From the NCBI GenBank assembly GCA_021324465.1, contig JAJPJB010000031.1, forward strand, positions 5,307-69,306: 64,000 bases of DNA, given 5' to 3'. Position 1 is the first letter of the stretch, and every line of letters begins with the position of its first letter. Made by a program: the position numbers and the translations under genes. This document shows, one piece after another, positions 46,364-54,728 of this stretch. Origin of the DNA: Hyphomicrobiaceae bacterium. Lineage in GTDB: Bacteria; Pseudomonadota; Alphaproteobacteria; Rhizobiales; Xanthobacteraceae. The notes beneath the pieces were generated by a model. The model was not told the origin of the DNA. It did not search any database and was given only the letters and a program-made list of their open reading frames with translations.

Positions 46364-47548
46364 TCACTTCAGCTGGCATTTGGTTTCCGGGCGATCAATG
46401 CCCAACGTGTCGAGTTCCGAAAATTGATGCAGAAATCCTTCCTGCGGCGACACTGAAACGACTGTACGCCCGTCGGCAAGCAGGATCGGCTGACGAAGTT
46501 GCAGGTCCCAGTCCCGGACCGTCAATTTGCGGCCCTTGAACGCGGCGATCGAAAAGTCCGGCCCCTTCATATAGTCGAGGATCCTCTCGGGATCGGCGGT
46601 GCCGATCCTTCCCACCGCCTCGCCGATCATGCGCACTGCGGTCCACGCCTGCATGTCGAGAGGGGTCATGCGCCGGGAAAATTTTCGTTCAAACCGATCC
46701 TGCAGCTGGATCGCACCCCATTGATCCAGCGCGGCGTCCCAGCTGGTCGGCTCAAGACCCGCAGACCCTGCTACGGGTCGCGGATCGCGTGTTCGATATG
46801 GCAGATAATCGGCGAAGACTTGACTTTCGTCAGCGGCGACCAGCACATCATAATCGGGTGCCGACTGCGTGAAGAGCGGTATCTGGCTTTGAATCTGCAC
46901 AAGGCCGCTGTCTGTGCGCCGGGCACCGCCGGTATCTTCGAACACGCGCTCCTGAACGATCTTGGCGCCGAACCTGGTGGCCGATCGGCGCAGCGCATCG
47001 GCATAGAGCTTGTCCGGCGCGTGGGAACCCACGACAAGGAGCCATCGCGTCCAGTGTTTCCACACCAGATACTGCGCGAGGCCGTCCGCAAGCATGGCGC
47101 GGCTCGGTGCGGTGTGAATCACATTGGCACGGCAGTCTTGCTGACGCAGACGATCATCGATTGCGCCGGCATTGAAGAAAATGAGGCCGCGCGCGCGCCC
47201 AGCGTCACTGGCCTTGAGCAACATGTCCGCGCGAAGGTCGGAGAGGAAAAGGGAGATACCGCGATCGGCGAGTTGCATTGTCGCGGCCGCGGGATCGTCT
47301 TGGTCTTTCAGTCGCACGTCCTCAACGGAAAACGACTGATTGAGGAATTTGCCGGTCGTATTGTTGTCGTCGATCGCGAGCTGGGCGCCGGCGATGCCGT
47401 CATTGCCCGGCGGCATTTCGACGAGCGAAATCGTCTCCGTTCTGTCGGCACGGCCGAGATAGCCGATCTTGACATCGAGGGGTGCCGCGCCGGCAGGCAG
47501 GGAAATTGCGCCGCATGCAACTACGGTCGCGCAAATAGCTCGGATCAA
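46364..47548 (-). CDS. LivK-like periplasmic substrate-binding protein of the PQQ-dehydrogenase-associated ABC system
   Basis: Signal MIRAICATVVACGAISLPAGA. KIGYLGRADRTETISLVEMPPGNDGIAGAQLAIDDNNTTG type-1 PBP pattern. Confidence 0.75.
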   Translation of the reverse strand: MIRAICATVVACGAISLPAGAAPLDVKIGYLGRADRTETISLVEMPPGNDGIAGAQLAIDDNNTTGKFLNQSFSVEDVRLKDQDDPAAATMQLADRGISLFLSDLRADMLLKASDAGRARGLIFFNAGAIDDRLRQQDCRANVIHTAPSRAMLADGLAQYLVWKHWTRWLLVVGSHAPDKLYADALRRSATRFGAKIVQERVFEDTGGARRTDSGLVQIQSQIPLFTQSAPDYDVLVAADESQVFADYLPYRTRDPRPVAGSAGLEPTSWDAALDQWGAIQLQDRFERKFSRRMTPLDMQAWTAVRMIGEAVGRIGTADPERILDYMKGPDFSIAAFKGRKLTVRDWDLQLRQPILLADGRTVVSVSPQEGFLHQFSELDTLGIDRPETKCQLK

Positions 47549-47833
47549 GCGTCCACTCCCGTCTTCGCGCCCCGCACTAACCCATTATAATACTTGGAAT
47601 TCTGGTTTGTCTCACATACTATCCGGAGGGCTGCGAGGCGGCCACCCAAGACGATTTGAACGCGTCAACACGTGCAACAAGAGCCGCATGCATCGCTGCC
47701 AAAAAAACAATCGTCGGCATTGGCCCGCGTCTTCCCCTGGGGCGGTAGCGCCCAAATTGTCGGCGGCAAATTGCGCCACTTGCCGGCTGAAATAGGTGCG
47801 CACGTCCTTATTCTTTAGGGGTGGAGTTTATTG

Positions 47834-49012
47834 ATGACTTTCATGCTTGCGAGCGTAGGCGGTCCTGAGGAAGCCGAAATTGCGATTCGGCATGGTGCCG
47901 ATATCATCGATCTCAAGGACGCCAACACCGCTTTCGGTGCCGTTCCGACCGCTGTGGTGCGGGCGACGATCGCCGCGTTGGCACGACGGCGCCCCGTCAG
48001 CGCGGTCGCCGGCGAACTTGCGATGGAGCCTGGCGCGATTGCGCGACGGGTCACCGAGCTTGCCGATGCAGGTGCAAGCTATGTCAAAGTCGGATTGTAT
48101 CCGGATGAGAGACGCAACGATTGCATCCGCGCGCTGTCATCGCTAGCTCACCGGGTCAGCCTGATCGGTGTGATGTTTGCCGACCACGGGGCCGACAAAG
48201 CTCTGCTGCCGCTCTTGGCGCGCAGCGGCTTCGCTGGCGCGATGATCGATACCGCTCATAAGAGCGGCGGCCGCTTGTTCGATCATATGGATATTGCAGC
48301 GATCGGACATTTCGTCGACACGATGCGTTTACACAGCTTGATGACGGGTCTTGCAGGATCTCTCGAAGCACCGGATATCCCCCGTCTGTTGTTGCTGTCG
48401 CCGGATGTGCTCGGATTCCGCCGCGCGCTGTGCGCCGGCGCGGATCGGGCGTCGCAAATCAATGCCGACGCAGTCGATGTCGTACGGGCGCTGATACCGC
48501 CGGATCAGCGGAAGCTCGACAAGGCGCCGGCGACCATCGCCAATGTCGATTACCGCTTGCTGGCGGCGCGCGGATATTCAGCCGACCCGCGCAAGGACGA
48601 TGGCGAGACCGATGGCATTTTCGTGCGCGATTTCGTCCTGCCGGTTCGCATCGGGGCCTATATTCATGAACGAAGCAGACCGCAAAATGTCCGGTTCAAT
48701 GTGGACGTGAAGGTGCTCCGCCCCGAGCACGTGCCAGAGGACATTCGCGACGTGTTCTCCTATGACGTGATCACCGATTCGATCCGAGTGATCGTCGCGC
48801 AGGAGCATATAGCGCTGGCCGAAACGCTCGCCGAACGGATCGCAGCCGTCATCCTGACTCATCCTCGGGTCGCAGCCGTGACGGTTCGCGTCGAGAAGCT
48901 CGAAGTCGGGGCCGGCGCGGAGATCACGCGCCGCCGACCCAGCGAGATCGCCAAGGTGCACCACCTTTATCCCGCTGCAGCAGCGGATACTGGTCCCAAA
49001 GTCGGAACGTGA
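47834..49012 (+). CDS. Fusion protein: (5-formylfuran-3-yl)methyl phosphate synthase (MfnB-like) N-domain + dihydroneopterin aldolase (FolB-like) C-domain
   Basis: N-domain: MTFMLASVGGPEEAEIAIRHGADIIDLKD...YVKVGLY...FAGAMIDTAHK (MfnB/DUF556-like). C-domain from about residue 260: IFVRDFVLPVRIGAYIHERSRPQNVRFNVDVKV...SYDVITDSI (FolB-like). Confidence 0.75.
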   Translation: MTFMLASVGGPEEAEIAIRHGADIIDLKDANTAFGAVPTAVVRATIAALARRRPVSAVAGELAMEPGAIARRVTELADAGASYVKVGLYPDERRNDCIRALSSLAHRVSLIGVMFADHGADKALLPLLARSGFAGAMIDTAHKSGGRLFDHMDIAAIGHFVDTMRLHSLMTGLAGSLEAPDIPRLLLLSPDVLGFRRALCAGADRASQINADAVDVVRALIPPDQRKLDKAPATIANVDYRLLAARGYSADPRKDDGETDGIFVRDFVLPVRIGAYIHERSRPQNVRFNVDVKVLRPEHVPEDIRDVFSYDVITDSIRVIVAQEHIALAETLAERIAAVILTHPRVAAVTVRVEKLEVGAGAEITRRRPSEIAKVHHLYPAAAADTGPKVGT

Positions 49013-49636
49013 ATGGGCAGCGGCAACGGCCCTGTTGTCGTCAAGTTTGGCGGCAGTTTCGCCCGCTCTGTGCATTTGCGCCATTGGGTAAAGGCCTTTG
49101 CCGCGTGCGCCGGCCGCATCGTGCTTGTGCCCGGCGGTGGACCGTTCGCTGACGCGGTGCGATCGGCACAATCCGAAATGGGATTTGACAACCGTGCCGC
49201 TCATCACATGGCCCTGCTCGCGATGGAACAATTTGGCCGGGCGCTGGCGAGCCTCGATGGAACGCTGGCAGCGGCGGATTCGACAGATGGCATTCACCGA
49301 GAACTTGCGGCGGAGCATGTTCCGGTATGGATGCCCACGCGCATGGTGCTCAATGCAGCCGACCTTGCGGCATCATGGGACGTAACCTCCGACACTTTGG
49401 CGGCTTGGCTTGCTGCCACGATTGGCGCGCGCCGGCTGTTTCTCGTCAAGCACGTGGAGTTTTCGTCGACCCGAGTACAATGTGACGAGCTGGCCGCGAA
49501 ACACGTCGTCGATAAAGGGCTTGCACGGCAACTCAGATCCGGCAACGCCGCCGCATTTCTCTTTGGCCCCACTGATCAGAACGCGCTGCTTGACGCAATT
49601 CAAGGCGTCGGCCACGCCGGAATCGAGATTGAATAG
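49013..49636 (+). CDS. Amino-acid-kinase fold protein (Asp/Glu/uridylate kinase family; MfnE-like candidate)
   Basis: Start abuts the upstream stop. VVVKFGGSFARSVHLRHWVKAFAACAGRIVLVPGGGPFADAVR. Confidence 0.65.
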   Translation: MGSGNGPVVVKFGGSFARSVHLRHWVKAFAACAGRIVLVPGGGPFADAVRSAQSEMGFDNRAAHHMALLAMEQFGRALASLDGTLAAADSTDGIHRELAAEHVPVWMPTRMVLNAADLAASWDVTSDTLAAWLAATIGARRLFLVKHVEFSSTRVQCDELAAKHVVDKGLARQLRSGNAAAFLFGPTDQNALLDAIQGVGHAGIEIE

Positions 49637-49672
49637 TGCCGGCTCAGGTCCGATGGGTTAGAATAGGAAACC

Positions 49673-50227
49673 ATGCCCAAGGTCAAAACACCGCGATGGG
49701 GCTGGGCCCTGACAGGTTCGGGACATTTCTTCAAGGAATGTCTGCGGATGATTGGTGAACTCGACGAGGTCGATCTGTTCGTCAGCAAAGCCGCCAGCGA
49801 AGTCATCCGCATGTACCGGCAGGGATTAAAGCTGCCGAAAACGGCGCGGGTTTTTCGTGATACCACCGCAAGCGCGGCACCGGTCGGATTCTTCTATTAT
49901 GGCGTTTATCATACGCTGATTTTGGCGCCGGCCACATCGAACACCGTGGCGAAATGCGTGTTCGGAATTTCCGATACACTTGTCACGAACGTGTTCGCCC
50001 AGGCCGGCAAATGCCGTGTGCCCGCGATCGTTTTCGCTTGCGACACGGCGCCCGAGCTCGAGACTGAAGCCCCCAAGGGCATGGTCAAGGTCTATCCGCG
50101 CGACATCGATCTGAAGAATACCGAGCGTTTGAAATCATTTGCCGATACCCTCGTGGTCGAAACGCTCGAGCAGCTGGAGACCAGTCTGGCGAGGCGCAAG
50201 CGCGAACTGCAAGCGCATTCTGCATGA
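49673..50227 (+). CDS. Flavoprotein (CoaC/AfpA-like fold), cofactor-biosynthesis operon
   Basis: WGWALTGSGHFFKECLRMIGELDEVDLFVSKAASEVI...LILAPATSNTVAKCVFGISDTLVTNVF homo-oligomeric flavoprotein motifs. Confidence 0.7.
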   Translation: MPKVKTPRWGWALTGSGHFFKECLRMIGELDEVDLFVSKAASEVIRMYRQGLKLPKTARVFRDTTASAAPVGFFYYGVYHTLILAPATSNTVAKCVFGISDTLVTNVFAQAGKCRVPAIVFACDTAPELETEAPKGMVKVYPRDIDLKNTERLKSFADTLVVETLEQLETSLARRKRELQAHSA

Positions 50228-51615
50228 CCCAGCGAACGATCTTCCTGACCGGCCATCTCGCCCGCGCCCGACTGGAAAAGGTCCTCAGCGGGATCGGCGA
50301 TCTCGATTTCGAGTGGTCAGTGGTCGACGTCGGAGTAAAGGTTGCCGCGCTAATGACGGAAGCGATCATTACGCGACGCCTGCCGCGGCCGGTCAAAGCA
50401 AGCCGGGTCATGCTGCCCGGTCGCTGTCGGGCCGACCTCGCACGGCTGAGCGCCGAATTCGGCCTGCCCTTCGTGCGCGGCCCCGATGAACTGAAGGACT
50501 TGCCCGCTTTTTTCGGAAAGCGCGCTCAGCGTGCCGATCTGTCGCACCACGACATGCGGATCTTCGCCGAGATCGTCGATGCGCCTGTTCTTGATGTCGA
50601 GAAAATACTTTCGCGCGCGGCCACGCTGCGAGCGGCCGGCGCCGACGTCATCGATCTCGGCTGCCTGCCGGATACGCCGTTTCCGCATCTCGAAGATGCC
50701 GTGCTTGCATTACGGTCGAGCGGCTATGAGGTGAGCGTCGACTCTGCCGATGTCGGCGAATTGTGCCGTGGCGCCAAAGCCGGTGCGCGATTCCTGTTGA
50801 GCCTGACCGAAGCGACGCTCTCTCTCGCCGGCGATACAGGGACGACCCCTATTCTGACCCCTGCAACTCACGGCGACCTGTCATCCTTGATGCGGGCTGC
50901 GGAAGCGGCCGACAAGCGCGGCATATCGGCAATACTGGATCCGGTGCTTGATCCGATCCATTTCGGATTCATGAGCTCGCTCGCGCGTTACGCGGAATTG
51001 CGGCGCCGTCTTCCGGCCGCGGAAATTCTCATGGGAACGGGAAATCTGACGGAATTGACCGATGCCGATTCCGACGGCGTAACGGCAACTCTGCTTGGCA
51101 TCTGCTCAGAACTCTATATCCGCAATCTGCTTGTTGTTCAGGTCAGTCCCCACACGCGGCGTACGATCCAAGAGCACGATGCAGCCCGGCGCATCATGTT
51201 CGCGGCGCGGGAGGACGCGAGCCTGCCGAAGGATTACAGTCGCGCCCTGCTCGCGCTGCACGATCGCAAACCGTTTCCCAATACGCCGCATGAGATCGCC
51301 GAGCTTGCCGCCGAGGTCAAAGATCTCAACTTCCGCATCGAAATTGCCGAGGACGGCATTCACATCTACAATCGAGACGGGCACTACGTGGCGCAGGACG
51401 CCATGTCCTTGTTCTCCAGGCTCGGCGTCGAGCGAGACGGCCCGCACGCGTTCTATCTCGGCACAGAGTTGATGAAAGCGGAGATAGCGTGGCGGCTTGG
51501 CAAGCGCTACGCACAGGATTCCCCGCTCGATTGGGGCTGCGCCGCCGACCCGCCAACCGAAGATCTCACCCACCTCGCAGAGGCAGGTCACACGTTGCGT
51601 GCAACCAAGCGATGA
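50224..51615 (+). CDS. Dihydropteroate synthase-related multidomain protein (archaeal MJ0107-like pterin-binding protein)
   Basis: 463 aa. Central pterin-binding-like LRAAGADVIDLGCLPDTPFPHLEDAVLALRSSGYEVSVDSAD, with extra N- and C-terminal domains. Confidence 0.7.
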   Translation: MTQRTIFLTGHLARARLEKVLSGIGDLDFEWSVVDVGVKVAALMTEAIITRRLPRPVKASRVMLPGRCRADLARLSAEFGLPFVRGPDELKDLPAFFGKRAQRADLSHHDMRIFAEIVDAPVLDVEKILSRAATLRAAGADVIDLGCLPDTPFPHLEDAVLALRSSGYEVSVDSADVGELCRGAKAGARFLLSLTEATLSLAGDTGTTPILTPATHGDLSSLMRAAEAADKRGISAILDPVLDPIHFGFMSSLARYAELRRRLPAAEILMGTGNLTELTDADSDGVTATLLGICSELYIRNLLVVQVSPHTRRTIQEHDAARRIMFAAREDASLPKDYSRALLALHDRKPFPNTPHEIAELAAEVKDLNFRIEIAEDGIHIYNRDGHYVAQDAMSLFSRLGVERDGPHAFYLGTELMKAEIAWRLGKRYAQDSPLDWGCAADPPTEDLTHLAEAGHTLRATKR

Positions 51616-51632
51616 CCGGTAAGAGATGACCG

Positions 51633-52202
51633 ATGCCGATGATTCGCGAGACCATCGTCTCAACGGTGGATCAGGCGGGCCGGGTTCATCTGGCGCCAAT
51701 CGGCATCGTTGCCGAAGGTGACGGATGGATCGTTGCGCCGTTTCATCCTTCCACTACGCTCGACAACCTGCGCAGCACACCGTTTGCGGTCGCCAATTTT
51801 ACCGATGATGTCCGTGTTTTCGCGGGTTGCCTGACAGGCCGCCGCCAATGGCCGACGACGCCCTGCGATGAATTCATTGTGCCGCGCTTCGCCAGTGCGC
51901 TGGCCCATGCAGAACTCGCGGTCACGCATGTCACGGAGGATGCGCAGCGGCCGCGCTTCCACTGCCGCGTGTTGCGCACTGTGATGCATGCTCCGTTCAA
52001 GGGCTTCAATCGCGCGCAGGCGGCCGTGGTTGAGGCAGCCATTTTGGTGAGCCGCCTCGGCATGCTGCCGCGCGAAAAAGTCGAGCGCGAGATTTCCTAT
52101 TTGGAGATTGCAATCAGCAAAACGGCATCTGCCGCCGAGGAAGAGGCATGGTCTTGGTTGATGGAGGCCGTCCGGAAATTCTACGCGGCCACGGAGCGAT
52201 GA
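51633..52202 (+). CDS. DUF447-type (FMN-binding split-barrel-like) protein of H4MPT clusters
   Basis: MIRETIVSTVDQAGRVHLAPIGI...FHPSTTLDNLR...NRAQAAVVEAAILVSRL. Start at 51633 or 51639. Confidence 0.65.
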   Translation: MPMIRETIVSTVDQAGRVHLAPIGIVAEGDGWIVAPFHPSTTLDNLRSTPFAVANFTDDVRVFAGCLTGRRQWPTTPCDEFIVPRFASALAHAELAVTHVTEDAQRPRFHCRVLRTVMHAPFKGFNRAQAAVVEAAILVSRLGMLPREKVEREISYLEIAISKTASAAEEEAWSWLMEAVRKFYAATER

Positions 52203-52280
52203 TCCTGATCACCTTGGCGACGGAAATTTGCGCGAGAGACATCAGGGAACCTGCACGCCTGCCCCCGCCGGGGCTAATGC

Positions 52281-52571
52281 CTACAATTCCAGCAGCTTCT
52301 TGTCGGCTAGCCCGCGCAAGAGCGCTGTTACGTCGGCGAGAATGCGTTCGCGCGGCGCTGAATAGGTTCGGACCAGATCGTCCACGATGTCGGCGAAGGT
52401 CGCTTCGCCGGTACAGCGCTTCACGATCTCGGCGGCTATGGCATCGGCCTTGAATACCCGTTCCGGCGCGAGCAGCACCCAACCGCCCTGCGCTTCATTG
52501 TGCACAAGCCGCACGCCGCGCGGCAGCCGCGGCCGCGCCTCGTCGGCAATGGCGGACGGGACATTGCTCAT
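52281..52571 (-). CDS. pqqD: PQQ biosynthesis peptide chaperone PqqD
   Basis: Start moved to ATG 52571, giving 96 aa: RPRLPRGVRLVHNEAQGGWVLLAPERVFKADAIAAEIVKRCTGEATFADIVDDL. Confidence 0.88.
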   Translation of the reverse strand: MSNVPSAIADEARPRLPRGVRLVHNEAQGGWVLLAPERVFKADAIAAEIVKRCTGEATFADIVDDLVRTYSAPRERILADVTALLRGLADKKLLEL

Positions 52572-52584
52572 CGAGCGCTCCTCG

Positions 52585-53313
52585 CTAGTCCCTCGGCACG
52601 AAGGCGCCAGGCGGAATATGCCCGGGCGCGACATAAGCATGATAAAGCGCGTCGAGCATCGCCCACAATACATCGCACTTGAATTCGAGCGCTCTGAGCA
52701 CGCTGTGTTGCGTCTCGGGCGTACGCGCATACTTCTTGACATAGTCCAGCGCAAATCGGGAGTCGCGCTCGGCCTGCGGCGGACGTTGTGAGAAATAAGC
52801 AAGCGTTTCCGGCGTCACGAAATCGTAGCTCTTCAGCATGCCTTCGATTCGTTCGCTGATAATCCCCGGCGAGAACAGCTCGGTGAGCGACGATGCAATC
52901 GCTTCGATGAGCGATTTCTCACGCACGAAATGCACGTAAGCGTCGACAGCAAACCGGGTTGCCGGCAACAGGCCGCGCAGCGATACGACGTAGTCTCGCT
53001 CAAGCCCGAGACCGCTGGTGAGCTTGAGCCAGCGCGCAATGCCACCTTCGCCCTCGCGCTCACCGTCGTGATCGACGAGACGGCTGCGCCATTCGCGGCG
53101 CGTCGACTGGTCTTCACATCGCGCGATCAGGCTCGCGTCCTTCACCGGTATCATCGCCTGATAGTAGTAGCGGTTGAGCGCCCAGGCTTGCACCTGTCCC
53201 TTGGTGCATTGACCGCCATGCAGAAGCTTGTGGAATGGATGGAGCCTATGGTAGCGCCGAGCACCGATGTCGCGCAGCCGCGCTTCGAGTTCGTCGGCGC
53301 TCAGTGCGTTCAC
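52585..53313 (-). CDS. pqqC: Pyrroloquinoline-quinone synthase PqqC
   Basis: YHRLHPFHKLLHGGQCTKGQVQAWALNRYYYQ...RFAVDAYVHFV...ALEFKCDVLWAMLDAL. Confidence 0.93.
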   Translation of the reverse strand: MNALSADELEARLRDIGARRYHRLHPFHKLLHGGQCTKGQVQAWALNRYYYQAMIPVKDASLIARCEDQSTRREWRSRLVDHDGEREGEGGIARWLKLTSGLGLERDYVVSLRGLLPATRFAVDAYVHFVREKSLIEAIASSLTELFSPGIISERIEGMLKSYDFVTPETLAYFSQRPPQAERDSRFALDYVKKYARTPETQHSVLRALEFKCDVLWAMLDALYHAYVAPGHIPPGAFVPRD

Positions 53314-54218
53314 AGCACGATCTCCATGCCATCCTCCGCAACCTCGAACCCGGCTTGCTCGACCTTGCGGCGTTCCGCGGAGCCTTCAATGAGGATCGGA
53401 TTGGTATTGTTGATATGAGTCAAAATGCGCCGCGCCTTGAGGTCTGCGAGCGCGGCGATCGTACCGTCTTCCCCGTCAAGCGGCATATGACCCATGCGCC
53501 GGCCAGACTTGATGCCGGTGCCGCTCGCTATCATTTCGTCGTCGACAAAAAGCGTGCCGTCGAACAGCACCACGTCGGCATGCGCGAACCGCTCGCGCAT
53601 GGCTGCCGTCACGCTCGCTGCGCCCGGCACGTAAGCGATCCGCTTTGGGCCATAAACCAGCTCGACACCTACGTTAGCGCCGTCTCCCGCAGCGAGCGCC
53701 GGGGCGGCGCCTTCGAGATAGAGAGCGACTTTGCCGGGAACGGCAAACAGCTCCGCTTCAAGATCGCCGCGCAGCCCGAACCGCTCGCCGAGCGCAACCG
53801 CTTTTCGCGTCACCACATCAGCGGCGAGAACTCCAAAGATTGGATTGGCGTCGAGCGCCGCGAGGGTTTCGGCGGTGCCGTGCAACGCAAAGCCTTGCCG
53901 CTCGCGCAATGTAAGCAAGCCGGCGGTCTGGTCGACCTCGGCACCGGTGAGAACAACGGCCGATATGGGACTGCCGCGCACCCCACAGCGCGGCCATAGT
54001 GCGGAGGTCGCCTGCACCTGTGCGCGCAAATCCGGCGAAGCATTGAGCAATGTCCAATGTTCGCCGTCCGCCGAGACTGCGAGGCTGGCCTGGGTGCGCG
54101 GCTTAACACGTGCGTCGCCGGCCCACGCGAGCCGGCACACCGCACACCGGCAGTTCCATTGCGGAAACCCACCTCCCGCCGCGGCACCGAGAACGATGGC
54201 GGTCAGGCGCCCTTTCAC
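53310..54218 (-). CDS. pqqB: PQQ biosynthesis protein PqqB (MBL fold)
   Basis: GTG start. VLGAAAGGGFPQWNCRCAVCRLAW...LTHINNTNPIL. Confidence 0.93.
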   Translation of the reverse strand: MKGRLTAIVLGAAAGGGFPQWNCRCAVCRLAWAGDARVKPRTQASLAVSADGEHWTLLNASPDLRAQVQATSALWPRCGVRGSPISAVVLTGAEVDQTAGLLTLRERQGFALHGTAETLAALDANPIFGVLAADVVTRKAVALGERFGLRGDLEAELFAVPGKVALYLEGAAPALAAGDGANVGVELVYGPKRIAYVPGAASVTAAMRERFAHADVVLFDGTLFVDDEMIASGTGIKSGRRMGHMPLDGEDGTIAALADLKARRILTHINNTNPILIEGSAERRKVEQAGFEVAEDGMEIVL

Positions 54219-54245
54219 AGGGTTCGTAGAGGTGAGCTAGGTCGA

Positions 54246-54323
54246 TCAGAATTCCGGCGGCAGGTAGCCGTTGATCTCAAGGCCGATGCAAATCTCCACG
54301 AGAACAGGCGTCGTCCAGGCCAT
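54246..54323 (-). CDS. pqqA: PQQ precursor peptide PqqA (25 aa)
   Basis: Too short for the ORF track. Hand translation: MAWTTPVLVEICIGLEINGYLPPEF with the E-x-x-x-Y crosslink motif (EINGY). GGAGGA RBS 5 nt upstream. 27 nt upstream of pqqB. Confidence 0.9.
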   Translation of the reverse strand: MAWTTPVLVEICIGLEINGYLPPEF

Positions 54324-54728
54324 AGAATCCTCCGTTCACGTCTACCGCTCTTTGCGACGGCGGTGCTGACATCAGCATATACCGTGGAAAGCGCGGCGCA
54401 AGCCATAATTGCTCAGATTTGGCGCGACTGGCAACGACCTCCCACCATAGCAGCTTTTCCGAAAAGTGGGATACCGCCTCCATGCCCGATCGGCGGATTG
54501 AAAAAATCGGCCGCGGCTGAGAGGATTGCCCCGGGCCCAGTGTGTGCTTGCCGGTCAAGGGGAAGGCACCATCAGCGCGGGCGCGCTGCCGGTTTCGACG
54601 CGGCCTACTGTTGTAGAGGGGGGACGATCATCAGCGCACAGCCTGCAGCTGCTCTCGCGGCACTGCCTGTTCCGTCGCGGTCGCGACGACAGGGTTGGCG
54701 CGGACTTTGGCAGAGCCGTTCGGTCCGC

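Noticed and set aside
52203-52280. Short GC hairpin GCCCC-GCC-GGGGC (52261-52273) as a bidirectional terminator between DUF447 and pqqD
   Set aside because: The stem is only 5 bp with no flanking T/A tracts, which is too weak to report as a feature.
54057-54728. Upstream 224 codons of the 685-aa histidine-kinase ORF
   Set aside because: This region overlaps pqqB, pqqA and the pqqA promoter on the other strand and translates to Arg/Pro-rich sequence. The kinase-like sequence (first TM) begins near 54729. The exact start remains uncertain.
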